This document shows positions 37,875 to 50,789 of a stretch of 64,000 bases of DNA, piece by piece (the stretch's first letter is position 1; the number at the start of each line of letters is the position of its first letter). The DNA lies in NCBI GenBank assembly GCA_907165135.1, contig OU015566.1, positions 8,494,001 through 8,558,000 of the forward strand, given 5' to 3'. The notes under the pieces were generated by a model. That model was not told the DNA's origin, ran no database searches, and was given only the letters and a program-made list of their open reading frames with translations. The position numbers and the translations under genes were made by a program. Source of the stretch: Oikopleura dioica. Its lineage: Eukaryota > Animalia > Chordata.

Positions 37875-38251
37875 TTAGTCGAAAAGACCGAAGCCCATAT
37901 CGTCATCACCAGAGTCCTCGGAAGATTCAGCCTTGGCTTCTTCCTTGGTCTCCTCGGCGGCGGCGGCACCACCGGCAGCGGCGGCAGCTCCACCAGCGGC
38001 GGCGCCGGTTGGGACGGAGGCGAGCTTTTCTTTGCCCTCAGCGATGACTTCGTTGATGTCCTTGCCGGAGAGCTGAGAGATCACCAACCCGAGCTTCTCT
38101 TCGTCAGCATCGATACCAACGCTAAAGAAGGTTGAACGAAGTCATTGAAGGATTAGTTTTCTCACCTGGAAAGGATGTTCTTGATGGCAGCAGCATCGGG
38201 GGCATCGTTTCCTCCGAGTTGAGCCAAAAGGTAAGCAGCGACGTAACGCAT
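37875..38251 (-). CDS. RPLP2: 60S acidic ribosomal protein P2
   Basis: [14 protein letters not shown]...[28 protein letters not shown]...[10 protein letters not shown]. Confidence 0.97.
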
Positions 38252-38853
38252 GTCCGGTTTCTGAAAATTCAAAAATCAATTTTTTTTAATGAAGAATAAT
38301 CAAAAAAGTAACGAAGCGAAAATAAGGCAGAAGATCTCTTAGAAGGGAAAAGGAAGATTCCATCGGGACGAGCAATTCTCTCATCTGATGATTTTCTCTT
38401 TTCCTTCTGGCCAATGAGCGCCGCGCTCTTGAGTCAGAATGACTCAACTGGAGCTCCGAAATGAGAAATTTTACTACCAAGCTTCGCTAATAAAATCGAC
38501 TCAGACTTGGGCATTTTTCAGTTTATTTTTATTTACAAAAACTTCGTATTTTCAATAAAAAGTAGCGCGCCAGTGGAAAAGTGAACTTTTTGGGATTCTT
38601 CAAGAACGAGTGAAAAGTGAAAAGATCAATGGTACGATTTGGGCAGTTTTAAAATTGTAATTTACAAAAAGATAACAGTATCTTTTTTGTACAGGCACTT
38701 TTATTTCGACAGGGGGAAATGGAGAGGCAGAGGTGATGCTAAAAATGAGTTACTGTAGGAACTTGCTTGGAGTAGTCAGGAAGCATTGGGCGGAGTTTCG
38801 ATCTCGCTAGAATTTCACTTATATGAGCTGATTTAGGCGATCTAAGTTTTACC

Positions 38854-41021
38854 TTATGTCTCGTTGTTCAGCGCGTCGATTGGATTTTTCGGAAACTTCG
38901 GTTTCTTGCGAAGAAGCGGCTCAAGCAACTTTTTGAAATAGTCGTTCGCTGGGCACTGTTCTCCGTGATAGAGCGTGTTTCGCACTGGATAGATCACTTT
39001 CCAAGTGTTGAGTTCGTCTGCCGTCATTTCCAATTTGAGGTGAAATTTGCACTTGATATGCGACTGCAAAAATAACCAAGTAAATATACAGGGGAAGTGC
39101 GTTTTCTTACCGGATTAGTGATCAAACAGCTCTGGCAGTTGGGGCATTGACGATCCTCCTTGATGATCTTTTGCTGGTCGTCGAATTCGAGTAGTTCTGG
39201 CCGAATTCCGCAGTCCGTTCGGCAGTGCATCGAGTGACCCTTACATCGTAAGAGCAGATACGCTAGCACTTTCTAAATGAAATTTAGACAAGATCCAACA
39301 AGCAAAACAAAAATAACCTTATCTCTGACGAAAGCCTTCCTCAGATCATCATCTGCATTGATCGCGAAGTTGAATCTCGTCGAAATGTGCTGCTGAAGCT
39401 TATCCATCGATTGCACCACGGAATGTTTCTCCAAGTCAGTGATTCTCAAAACCAATCTCGAAGCAAGAACAAGCCCAGTTTTGAAATCGCCTTCGTCGTT
39501 ACTGATCAGCACTTTGTTCAGGAACGCGTGCGTTTCCTTTCCGGCTTCGAGGACGTAAGGGCAAGTCACTGCTTCTTTCTTGGAGGCGGTGGAATCAGCA
39601 GTTAGCCAAGCCCGCGCGCCTAGAAGAATTTTTTAAGAAAAATTCTTTCATACGATTTACCTTTGTCGGATTGATCGGCGAGCCAACTGTTGAAGCGTTG
39701 AAGAAAGTGGTTGCATCGGAAGACATTGCCAGATTCGTCGTAGCACCAGCCCAATCGGAAGATCATCGATCTTCGTTTTCGAACATCGTATTTCAGCTTG
39801 AATGTTAATACAAAAGTGATCCTCGTCTCCGCAAGGCTCCGAACATCTAAAATTCAAAATTATTCAAAGTTTCTGTTTCTTTTTTCCAAACCTTCTTTCC
39901 GTTTAAGGCTGCCGACTTTGGCTTCCGCATAGAAACCCAAAACGATATCGTCAAGTGCTCCCCAACGAACTCGTTTGGCCCCGGTTGAGTTGAGAATTCT
40001 CTCCAAATTTACCTCCGTCACCTGCTTCGAGTGAAGGAGGGTTTCTTGGCCAGTAACTCGGTCCCGCGGTCCTGGAAGCTCTTGTTTGACTTGAACCTCT
40101 TGTTCTTCAGCTTCGTTTTTGACGGCCTGAAATTCAATTCAAAACTGTTTTGCAATCGAATACTTACGGGGTTGCAGAAGTCCATGTCGAGTCTTGTCAA
40201 ATCGATGACTTCGTTTTCCTCGTACTCTGGCAGCATGTTCTTCGTTGCTCTCATTTTCTTCGGCTTTGCTTCTTTTTTCTTTCGACCTTCTCCGGGAACT
40301 CGTCTTTTTTCGATCTTTTCGAAGTACTCCTCTTCATCGGATGAGTCCAGCCTTCGTTTTTTGCTTCGTTCTTCTTCCCTGAAAAATTTTTAGAACAGAT
40401 TCTAAATCAAATCTATCAATTTACATTTTATGTTCTCTTAGCTGCTTAAGATAGTAATTGAGATCTTCAGTATCAGCGGGTTCGTCTGTTTTCCTCTCTT
40501 CTTGAGCCTTTTGATGCTGCATTCTTATTTCTTTCAATCTTTGCCTAATGAGCTTCCCTCGTTCTCCATCATCAAGCTCTGTCTCTTCTTCCTCTCCTTC
40601 CGGCTCAGCTGGTCCAGGCTGAGCTTCTTGCTCATTTGCTTGTTCATATCCCCAAAAGTCCAAAGGCTCTTCTTTTATGTCTGGCTCCTCGGGAACGTAT
40701 TCTTCATCGTTGCCATCGTCTTCTTCCGAAAACTCGTCGGATGTATCGGAGAATTCTTCCTCTCCAGAATCCTGATGGCCGTGATCTTCATCAGAAAAAA
40801 CAGTTTGGTCACCTTCGTTTGATGATTTCTCCTGAAGAATTTAAATAACAAATAAGATCTCATATAGTTTTCGAATGAATTTATCTGTCAAAAAAGTTTC
40901 ATACCGGAAACTGAGGAGGAGAAGAGCTTGTGTACCCAGTCTCATTTGATCCAGTACTATCATTTGGCGAGGAGGAACGAGGATTCTCCGACGATCGTAG
41001 TCTCTTCTTCAAGGGTTGCAT
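38854..41021 (-). CDS. Uncharacterised protein: acidic N-terminal half, Cys/His-containing C-terminal region
   Basis: Chain of co-oriented ORFs from 40863 down to 38854 with short introns. CKGHSMHC and CPNCQSC motifs. Confidence 0.6.
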
Positions 41022-41159
41022 CTTCTTTGACGATGACTTCTTTCACTCCCAGAGGTAGCTCGCAACAAAGCTAAACATTCAGATGAGCCTTTCAGGCCTC
41101 TCTTTTGTTTAAAAATTTGAAATTGATGGAGATTTGGAATCTCAATATGAGACGATCAA

Positions 41160-41300
41160 TTAGAGAAGTGGGCCGATCCGATCTGGGTAGCGCGGTGGAG
41201 CGGGCGGGGCGGAGCCGCGAAAAAAACGCGGGGAGCTCGCTGAATCGCAATTGGCCAATAGAAACGCTGCGCACCAGGGCTAAACTCACCCAGGAACAAA
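41160..41300. promoter_or_regulatory. Putative bidirectional promoter between two divergent gene clusters
   Basis: GC boxes (GGGCGGGGCGGAGC) and ATTGGCCAAT in a GC-rich island between head-to-head starts at 41021 (-) and 41502 (+). Confidence 0.55.
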
Positions 41301-41501
41301 CCTTTATCCGACTTTTCACCAGAGATTTTCAGTTCTGGAATTGGGGCACTTCTCTTTGTAGTCAGAAATGGAGCCGTTACACCGAAAATTACTCTAAATT
41401 TTTGACAGACAGCTAATTTATGGTCCCAAAATTTGAATCGATATTCATTTGTGTCCGGAAATTGGACTCATTGATTCAAATTTCAACTTTGTTGTTTCAG
41501 A

Positions 41502-43391
41502 ATGGCTGACCCAGATCTAGATCAAAATGTTCAAGTCTTCAAGATCAAACGACTGATCCGAAACTTGGAAAAAGCCCGTGGTAATGGAACATCCATGATT
41601 TCTCTCATCATCCCTCCCAAGGAACAGGTCGCCAAACAGCAAAAGGTAAAAGGATAATCTCTAAAAAATACCTGGCTTATCAAGAAGAGAATAATTATTT
41701 TGTAAATGAAAGAAACCTAATCAGTACTTCTAAAATTTTTCCGATTCTCGTCGAGTTCTTTTATAGCCTCTTAAAAAATTTCGCGAAATATCAAAAATAG
41801 GGCCCGTATCGCCATTATTCGCGGGAGTCTCCCGAGATGTTTATCCAAACCTTGTTTGTTCGTAAAATATCATCCTCTCATTCTTTTCGGTAGATGTTGG
41901 CCGACGAATATGGAACGGCGTCGAACATCAAATCGCGAGTCAATCGACTTTCCGTCCTCTCGGCTATTACTGCTACTCAGCAGCGATTGAAGCTCTACAA
42001 CAAGGGTAAACTTGCATTTCCACTGTACATTTTCTAGTTTTCTTTTAGTTCCAACAAATGGCCTGGTCGTTTACTGCGGTACCATCATGACCGACGAAGG
42101 AAAAGAAAAGAAGGTCACAATCGATTTCGAGCCTTTCAAGCCAATCAACACCTCTCTCTACTTGTGCGACAACAAGTTCCACACTGAAGCTCTCTCAGAT
42201 TTGCTCACCGACGATAACCGTTTCGGATTCATTGTTATGGACGGTAACGGTGCTCTCTTCGCCACTCTTACTGGCAACACTCGTGATATTATTCAAAAGG
42301 TAAAGATGAATAATCAACCGAGTTTTTTGAAAAAAACTTGTAGTTCGATGTTGATCTGCCGAAAAAGCACGGCCGAGGTGGTCAGTCCGCCCTTCGTTTC
42401 GCCCGATTGCGAATGGAGAAGAGACACAACTTCGTCCGAAAAGTCGCCGAAACTGCAGTCAAGTGCTTTATCAAGGACGATAAGGTTTCCTGCGTCGGTC
42501 TGATTCTCGCTGGTTCTGCTGATTTCAAGACTGAACTGAACGGCTCAGGAAGGTTTTCATATTTTTTACTCCTCATTTGCCGACTAAAGAAGCAACATAA
42601 AACCACTCAAAAGACATGTTCGATCAGCGATTGGCCGCCAAGGTCATCCGAACCGTTGATGTTTCCTACGGTGGTGAAAATGGATTCAACCAAGCAATCG
42701 AACTCGTCCAGGATGATCTTTCAAACGTCAAATTCGTCCAAGAAAAGAAGCTTATCTGTTAGTACCATCTATCACTATTCCTTGAATTCATCAATTTCTA
42801 TTCAGGTCAATACTTTGACGAAATCAGCCGAGATACTGGCAAGTACTGCTTCGCGATCGGTGACACTGTATCTGCTCTTGAACAAGGTGCAGTCGAGACT
42901 CTTATCATTTGGGAGAACTTAGACATCAAGCGATATGTCTTCCGAAATCCAGTCAGCGAATGTAAGATTTCGTCTTTTTGAGGGATCTCTTCTAAAATTT
43001 ATTTTAAAGCGAACGAAGTAAAATACCTGAATCAAACCGAAGAACGCGATCGAAAGCACTTTGTCGACAAGAGCACCGGACAGGAGCTTGAAACAGTGTC
43101 CGTCGAGCCCTTCATCGACTGGTTGGTGGATACGGACGAAACAAATCAGCCGAATTACAAGCAGTACGGAACTCAGCTCGAGATTGTCACGGATAGGTCA
43201 CAGGAAGGAGCTCAATTTGTCAAAGGATTCGGTGGTATTGGAGGTAAAAACATGCATAAGAAAAAAGCTGAAATGACGATTGATTCCTAGGCTTATTGCG
43301 TTATCCGGTGGATTTCGCAGCGCAAGAATATATATCCGATGACGACGACTTTGATTTGGATGACTATTGCCACGGGTTCAAAAAATACTAG
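41502..43391 (+). CDS. ETF1: Eukaryotic peptide chain release factor 1
   Basis: [50 protein letters not shown]. Includes a GA-AG intron at 42549-42613. Confidence 0.97.
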
Positions 43392-44174
43392 AAAATTGAA
43401 TTTTCAAAATTCAGTTTTCTTCTAAGATTTGCAAGCATTGAACCCTTGAAAGACGAGTCGCGTGGGCGGCTGCTGGTGACCTGTGCACTTGCGATCCCGG
43501 TGCACCAAGCCGCTCCGGCTTTCCACTGCCGGAAACGGAGCGCAACTGGCTACGTGGGTGCGGTTTCTGACAGTTAGCGAACTCCTGCTGCTACTTTCGT
43601 CGCTTGATCCGGACTGTTCACTTTACTAAAAAATCAACTCGAATCAAAACTCTAACTCTCCTTTGAGCTATCCGGTTCATGTCAGAGATGCTCATCCATT
43701 TGTCCCGGTTCCCTGCTTAGTTCGACTATTTCACCTGTGCACTTGAAACAAACATAACAAACAGACTTGCCAAGCATGGACCGACCAGTTAGGTTCCCTA
43801 ATGCGCGCCCATCCTAGAATTTTCCCTTTCTGCCCAACCTTCTTTTAGGCTAATTAACCGTCAATAAATCTCATGAATCCTCAATCAATCGTACAGGAAA
43901 GCCTGTATCGTTAGTCGCCTCTTTGCCAATAATCAAGCAATAAGAAATTATGTCTCCGAACCACATCTGACAGAGAAGCGTTCGCCTATCATGCAGAATT
44001 TCAAATTATAGTGTATTCTCACACTGTATCCCGTCTTTAGCGACTCAACCAGTTTACCAGTCAGTCTCGTCAGCCCTTTATCTGTTCTTTCTTTAGTTTT
44101 AACTTGAAATAAAACGGAAACGCATCTGACATAGCTTCAAAACTCATCAAAATCACATTCAGAAATCGTTGATT

Positions 44175-44963
44175 ATGACATTTTTCTATTTTATCAACTG
44201 TTGCGCCCTTACCTACGGTCCATACGCCCTAATTTACAAGAACTCGGTTCTTTCCGAATACCAGCCTTACAGGGTAAGAAAAAGACTGGACTAACATTTT
44301 TGTGAAACAATAACTTCAAGAAATGCCTCTCTGTCGCGTCAATGTATATGATGACAGTGATGCTTCGGATGTTTTTACTGGGAACGATAGTGCCAATAAT
44401 CGGCCTTGATGGAACAGCCAGAGATGTTGTCCAACCCCTTGTTAGCATCATTGACATTGTTGGAATATACTATGCACTTGCTCGAACTGGCGGCCGTCCT
44501 GAAATCAAGGTACTCCGCTGATTAAATGACTTCGTTTTGATTGGTTCTTAGATCTTATCAGTCCTTGTCGGCTGGGGTTTGACTGACGCTCTTCTATCGA
44601 CACTCTTGGTTTATTGGTCTGGCGCGAGAAAACACGAGTTTTCATGGGAGTTTGTCGAAATGGCAGTTGGCTACAATGTTGAGCTTGTTCAACTAGCAGC
44701 TACTGTTACACTTGTTTGGCTCTGGACTCGAACTGGTAATGCTCTAACGATTTTTTACCATTTTAACATGGTTTTTAGACCTTAATCAGTCCGCTGTTCC
44801 TGTGATTTCAACTGTTCTTCTCATTTCCCTTTTGAAAAGTTTTATCTCAAAGTTGGTCGTCGCCGGCGGAATAATGACTTGCGGACTCGCAGCTAATGCT
44901 ATCATCACCGCTGGAGTAGCGACAGTTGCTCTTTCCCTGTTTCTTTCGCTTACTGCCGAGTGA
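44175..44963 (+). CDS. TMEM147: Transmembrane protein 147 (BOS/multipass translocon subunit)
   Basis: MTFFYFINCCALTYGPY...LSEY; GWGLTDALLS.LLVYWSGARKHEFSWEF. Confidence 0.85.
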
Positions 44964-45127
44964 TTGTTACTAGAGTCTAGACGAATTTCACACGATAATA
45001 ATTTTTCTAGTATTAATTTCAATTCCACATGCAAAACATAACTTATTACCAATCAATGTCTTCAAAATGTCTTCAAATTCATTCAAAGTATAGCTTTTAG
45101 CTGGAATCGTGTGAACTGCGAAAGAGC

Positions 45128-47176
45128 ATGAAAACAGACGAGAGTGATTCGGATGTGAGCATCAAGTCAGGCCAAAGGGGGAGAAAAAAACGGATGACAA
45201 AGAAGAAAGCAGCCCCGAAAATTGGCAGAGTGGCCAAATATGGAAAGAGCTCAGACAGGTATACCGGCCTTTTAAACTGCAGATAATCTTTCTCTGTTTG
45301 ATTCACCCCTACATGATAAAAATGAGTCTTCTACAATACCTTCATCAAGAATCATCAAATTTTCATTCAGATTCCTGTTCAACAGCTCCTTAAAAGAAGA
45401 CCACAACGATCATATCTTTTCTGTCACATTCGACCCGTTTGTTCATCCTAATCAAAATCAGATTTTTGCAACTGTAGCAAAGAATGGGCTGAGAATTTAT
45501 GAGTGCAAGAAAGACAAGACAACTCCTATCCATGTAAGCATCGCAACGAAAATCGAAAACAAACAAATTTGTAGGTATTCGAAGATCCCGATAAAACTGA
45601 GAATTTTTACACAACTGCCTGGGGAATTTACGAGGGAGATCCAATCCTTGCCTTTGCCGGATTTCACGGATGCATTAGAGTTTTAAATATAACCAAGAGA
45701 ATTGTGAGTCATCGGCTTAAGAGATCCCTAAATGATCCCTTGTTTAAGATCTGTAGACATCTTATCGGTCATGGAGCTGCTATAAACGAAGTTCAATTTC
45801 ATCCAAAGCATCGACGACTTCTCGCGTCTGCATCAAAAGATCTAACGATACGGATATGGAATGTTCACTCTGAAGTTCAAGTGTTTATCTGTGGCGGACT
45901 TCATGGCCATCGAGACGAAGTAATTTTGAATAAAAAGAGACGGGAAAACGTTGATTTTTAGGTATTGAGCTGCGACTTTAACCAGAGTGGAACTCTTCTG
46001 GCATCATGTGGGATGGACCACATGATTATGATCTGGAACTTCGACTCCAAAGTGGCGAAACTAGCAATACAGGCTGCCGATGCCTTCCAACTTCAGTATT
46101 CTAAAAGTCCTTTTCCAACAACAACTTTGCCGCCTATCTATGTCACACGTGACATTCATTCTAATTATATTGATTGCGTTCGATGGTACGGGGATTTCAT
46201 CTTTTCGAAATCCTGTGAACACGAAATAAAGGTTGTTAAATCACAGTCGCTTTATTTCGATGTATTTTTTTTCTTGCAGTGTTGGGAACCAGACCTATCG
46301 AAGCCCCACGAGATCAATCCAAGTCCACCTGTTACCGCCATGATAAGCATTCCCCTACTCGACTCGCCGAATTGGTACGTTCGCTTTGGAATTGATCGTT
46401 ATTTACAGGTATGCTTTCGAAAACTGAGGCATCTTTGAAACTGTGTACAAAAGTATATGGCTGCTGGAAACGCCAATGGAAACATTTATGTCTGGGACCT
46501 AGACTCCTTTTCAAAAAGTACTAAACCAAAACCCCTTATCCTTACTCATGGAAAGCGATCTGCTCAATGTCGCCAGTGCAATTTCTCCAATGATGGTAGT
46601 ATTTTGGTTGGGGTTTTCGACGATAGCACCGTCTGGCGATATGATTTGAATCCAAAATATAAAGGTATTCACCGCGTTTACTCTCTGGGAATATAAATTG
46701 ATTTAGATGACCCCTCTTCTGTAGAGAATGGCACCACTAATGGTCATTCTAACGGTGTAAATGGGGAGTCCCTGTCTAACGGTCAAAATGGTAATCCTCA
46801 TGAAGAATCACCAAGTTTGAATGCAGGAATGACATCTAATGCTCCTATTCAAAACGGGCACAATCATGAAAATGGACATTCAAAGCGAGCAAGTGAAGAG
46901 AATTCAGAGAACCCCGCGGTACCTAGAGACGAGATGGTCGAAACAGTCGAGAATGGCAGCGGAAAAGACATGCGATCCCAGCCGAAAACCTCAGAAGTCG
47001 TCGCCGAAGAGCCAAATCTTGAGTCAAAAGAAGAGGTCAAAGAAGAGCCAACTGAAGAGCCCATGGAAACAACGATGAGTGGAATGCCTAACTTAGAGCC
47101 TGTCACTGAGGATATCGAACAACCTGCGAAGAAGATCAAACTCGACCCTGACTTGGAGGACAACGACAAAAGTTAA
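45128..47176 (+). CDS. EED: Polycomb PRC2 subunit EED/ESC with a long acidic C-terminal extension
   Basis: SLKEDHNDHIFSV, ENFYTTAWG, LIGHGAAINEVQFHP, LLASASKD.TIRIWN, GG..GHRDEVLSCDF, RDIHSNYIDCVRWYGDFIFSKSCE and WYVRF. The start may lie slightly upstream (45056). Confidence 0.93.
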
Positions 47177-47347
47177 AATTGTTTATTATTAAGACTTAGT
47201 CAAATTTTTATCTGCTGTACTTACTTGATACTTTCTATCACATGAATCACACAACCACTGCCTTTTACACTCTTGCCATTCACCGCGCTCACTTGAAAGT
47301 ATGGATCCCGAACATTTTTCTTTCAACTTTTATGACTTCAATTTTAG

Positions 47348-49260
47348 ATGGCGCATCTGGGGCCTCCACCACGGTGGTTAAGGTGCCCTCGGAAAGGATC
47401 TCTTATAGCGGAGAAGTTCTTCCCTTTCAAAGTCCCTCTCAAACCTGAATACGATGATCAAGTCCCGGAAGAGTACACATTTCATCCAGACATGGTCTTC
47501 GACTTTGCAAAAGCGCTGCCAGGCAAAAAGAAAAAATCGGACTATGGATTGATTTAACGAAAACAAGCAGATATTATGACAAGGTAGGCTGACAAGAACC
47601 AGTCAGAAACTCATCATATTCCAGCGAGTCGTAGAAGAAAATGGTGCAACTTATCTAAAACTCGAGTGCAAGGGCCACGGCGAGTGCCCATCTCAAGAAA
47701 TTGTAAATACTTTCGTCGGCATTGTCGAAAAATTCATTCAAAATAATCCCCTTGACATTATTGGTATCCACTGTACTCATGGCTTCAACAGAACTGGATT
47801 TCTTATCGGTAACAGACTTCATCGAAAGTAATTTATATAACGCTTTTCATTTAGTCTCCTATCTTGTGGAAAAGCTTGACTGGGCTGTTGACGCGGCGAT
47901 CGGTCATTTCTCGAACTGCCGTGCCCCTGGAATTTATAAACAAGATTATCTAAACGAGCTATTCGAGCGTTACGACGATCCAGACTGTGCCCTTGAAGCT
48001 CCTACTCTCCCTGCTTGGTGCTTTGAAGATGCTGCTCAAGAGGATCAAGACGAAGGAGTCGACCCAGGATTGGCATTGCAAGCAGGAAGCGGAGAAGGCG
48101 TCAAAGGCGACGGAAAAAAGCCGTTTATCGCTGATTTCGACATTACAGAAGGTGTCACGCTTGTAAAAGCCCCTCACGTCACGAACCAAGTCACGCGCAA
48201 AGCGATAGAATGGATCGGCTTCAAAAGCAACAAGTTCCCGGGCGCGCAGCCAGTCTCAATGACGCGTGAGAATATTCGCTTCTTGCGCGACAAGGATTAC
48301 ATGGTATCGTGGAAGGCCGATGGTACGCGATATCTGATGCTGATCCTTGGCAAAGAGCAAGTTTTTTGCATCGATCGTGACAACGCAGTTTTTCAAATAA
48401 GTGGACTTACATTTCCGAAGCGCAAAGATTTGAACGGTCATGTGAGTAACGTGCTTATGGATGGAGAAATGGTACTAGATGACGTTAATGGCGAAAAGAT
48501 ACCGAGGTTTGTTGAAAATAATGAGCATTTTCATATTCTTAGGTTTTTAATCTACGATATGATCCGATTCGGAGATATTCCATCCCCAACAAATCCAATT
48601 GGACAGTGCGAATTCCGATCGAGAAGTCTTTGCATCCAAGCGGAAATTATCGAGCCACGAAATCGAGCAATGATGAAAGGAATCATTAACAAGACCCGCG
48701 AGCCATTCTCCATCCGACACAAACCATTCTTTGACATTGAGAAGTCGGCACATTTGCTCGAAGAAGACGGGGAATTTCTCTCAAAAGTAGCGCATGAAAC
48801 CGACGGGTTGATATTCCAGCCAGCCTCGAAAACTGATGTCTACAAACCCGGTCGTTGTGATGATATCTTGAAGTGGAAGCCGCCAGAGCTTAATTCGATC
48901 GATTTCAAGTTGAAGCTTCAAAAAGGAAAGCAACAGATGGGGATGCTTCCTCAAACTTTAGGTAGGACTGAAAACGTTTCCTTACGGTCGAGCAGCTCGA
49001 GCTCTTATTTAGCCCTCTTATACGTCGGCGGTAAGGATACACCGTACGATAAGATGAAGTTCCATCGCGACCTCCGTCAATACGACAACAAAATCATCGA
49101 GTGCAAATTTGATTTCAAAGAGCGATCATGGGCATTCATGCGGGAGCGCAAGGACAAAAGTTTTCCTAATCATGTCACAACAGCTGATGCAGTTTGTCAT
49201 TCGATCCAGTACCCAGTTACAAAGATGGATCTCTTACAGGCACTGGTGAAAGTTATTTGA
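47348..49260 (+). CDS. RNGTT: mRNA capping enzyme (RNA triphosphatase plus guanylyltransferase); apparent 1-nt frameshift near 47530
   Basis: [27 protein letters not shown] (HCxxxxxR), [18 protein letters not shown] (KxDG), [19 protein letters not shown]. Confidence 0.95.
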
Positions 49261-49633
49261 ACGAGCGTACTTTTTTCGCAAACTATTCACCGTCTACCAG
49301 ATAATCGATCGAATAAAGCATGGAAACTTGAAGCGGAAGGATAGAGAATCCATGATTAGGGTCTGCAATCGATCAAAAATTGTATAAAGTACTCCATCAA
49401 TTAGCTATAGAAATATTTCAAACCCAAAGTTAGCCCCCACCGAGGCCTCCAAAGATCCAGCGTTAAGTTCATCTGTTCCATATTTTATACACTGCCCATT
49501 TCCTTTCTTGTATCAAGGACCACAAATATTGACAAGCCAAATAGCTAGACTTAGAGTTCAACCTTTCTTTATTCAGGTATTGATATGAGTTAATCGGGCC
49601 GTTATCGGTTCGCACTCCTGCCACTCGAGTTTT

Positions 49634-50789
49634 ATGTCAGACGCTCGGCCACCGCGGTCGCAGAAGGTGAAACATCCCGAGCGTGTTTACGGCGACTGGA
49701 AGGAGTACCGCTCTTCATCTGGCAAAGTCTACTACTGGAACCACAGGACTTCTGTTAACACTTGGGAGAAGCCAAAAGATTGGAACGATGAGCGCGCTAA
49801 AGTCGTCAAGCTTGATAGAAATGGGCACCGATCTAGTCATCAGGTCAACGGCCATTCGAGAAGCCATCATCACTCAAGGCCGAAGCCCGAGGTTAGTTGT
49901 TGTACCAGGCCGAATCTTAATCACGTCTCTAGCTCCCGCCAAACGATGAAAACGTCAAGAAGCTTATGGAGAGCATAAAAAGCACCAACAGCTCAAATGC
50001 GAACACAACGCCCATGCACCCCAAAAAGCGATGGAGAAAAGTCGAAGATCCATCTGATTCTGCGACGCCCTCTCAAAAGCCGCGCATCTCCGAGAGCAAT
50101 CACCAGCGTCCTCCGCCGACGGTCGAGAAAACGCGCGATGAAATCTTTGAGGAGAAGTACGGTCACCTCTTCAGAAGCCCCCATGAAAGTAGGGTGAAGC
50201 AGTTTCGAGACAACACTCCAGAGCTACACTTTGAAACGGCGCCATTTGAAACCTTGAGACCGTTTTATGATACGAACTTGGTCGCTGCTGATGTTAGGGC
50301 GCTTCTCCAAGGTAAATCGGACCCTTACGGATTTGGATGAGATTTTCTTTAGAGCAAAACACGAAGCAGGTTTTGGAAATGTTGCCGAAGAAAAATGGGC
50401 AAACGCGCCAATTGGCTGTTTTGTCCACTAGTATTAAACATCAACGAGCAAGGGTATGTTTTCGTTTCAAGTGAGCGAATTATTTACGGAAATTTTAGAT
50501 ACGGCATTGTCATATCTTGCGCTGTCTTGAAGATACGAAGCTTATTAACTGTCGCAAAGTAATGCGAGAGCTGATCCTCGGGGATAATGCCAACCCTCCG
50601 GCTTCGAGCTCGGCACCGTCTGCTCCGAGTACGCCTCTATCTGCCAGATCCTTTCCTTCTTCGTTCAACAGTAGCTCAACGCCACAGGGAAGCAGCTTCT
50701 CCCAATTTCCCTCGACGCCCATCAACACGGCGACTCCGCTGAGGCATCCGAAATTCGCCAAATTTGCCAGCGCCTCCTCTCAATTATAA
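49634..50789 (+). CDS. WAC: WW domain-containing adaptor with coiled-coil (WAC-like)
   Basis: [33 protein letters not shown] domain. A late coiled segment (..RQGILRQKI/CLEDTKL) resembles the WAC C-terminus. Confidence 0.6.

Larger units (their letters stand above)
20037..41021 (-). other. Operon-like cluster of ~11 co-oriented genes (unknown, RPLP2, PIGB, unknown, BCAS2, PsuG-K, SRSF11, unknown, LRR, NFU1)
   Basis: All genes are on the minus strand, several with very short gaps (e.g. PsuG-K stop 30682 to SRSF11 ATG 30628; PIGB stop 35380 to ATG 35318) and AG acceptors just before ATGs. Confidence 0.65.

Noticed and set aside
43368-43391. eRF1 C-terminal extension (CHGFKKY) and 8-aa insert as signs of altered stop-codon decoding
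   Set aside because: The GTS, NIKS, YxCxxxF and GGQ motifs are all standard, and the changes are in variable regions.
45097-45306. Hydrophobic minus-strand ORF vaguely like TMEM258
   Set aside because: It is the antisense shadow of the Lys/Arg-rich first EED exon, which has proper splice sites on the plus strand.
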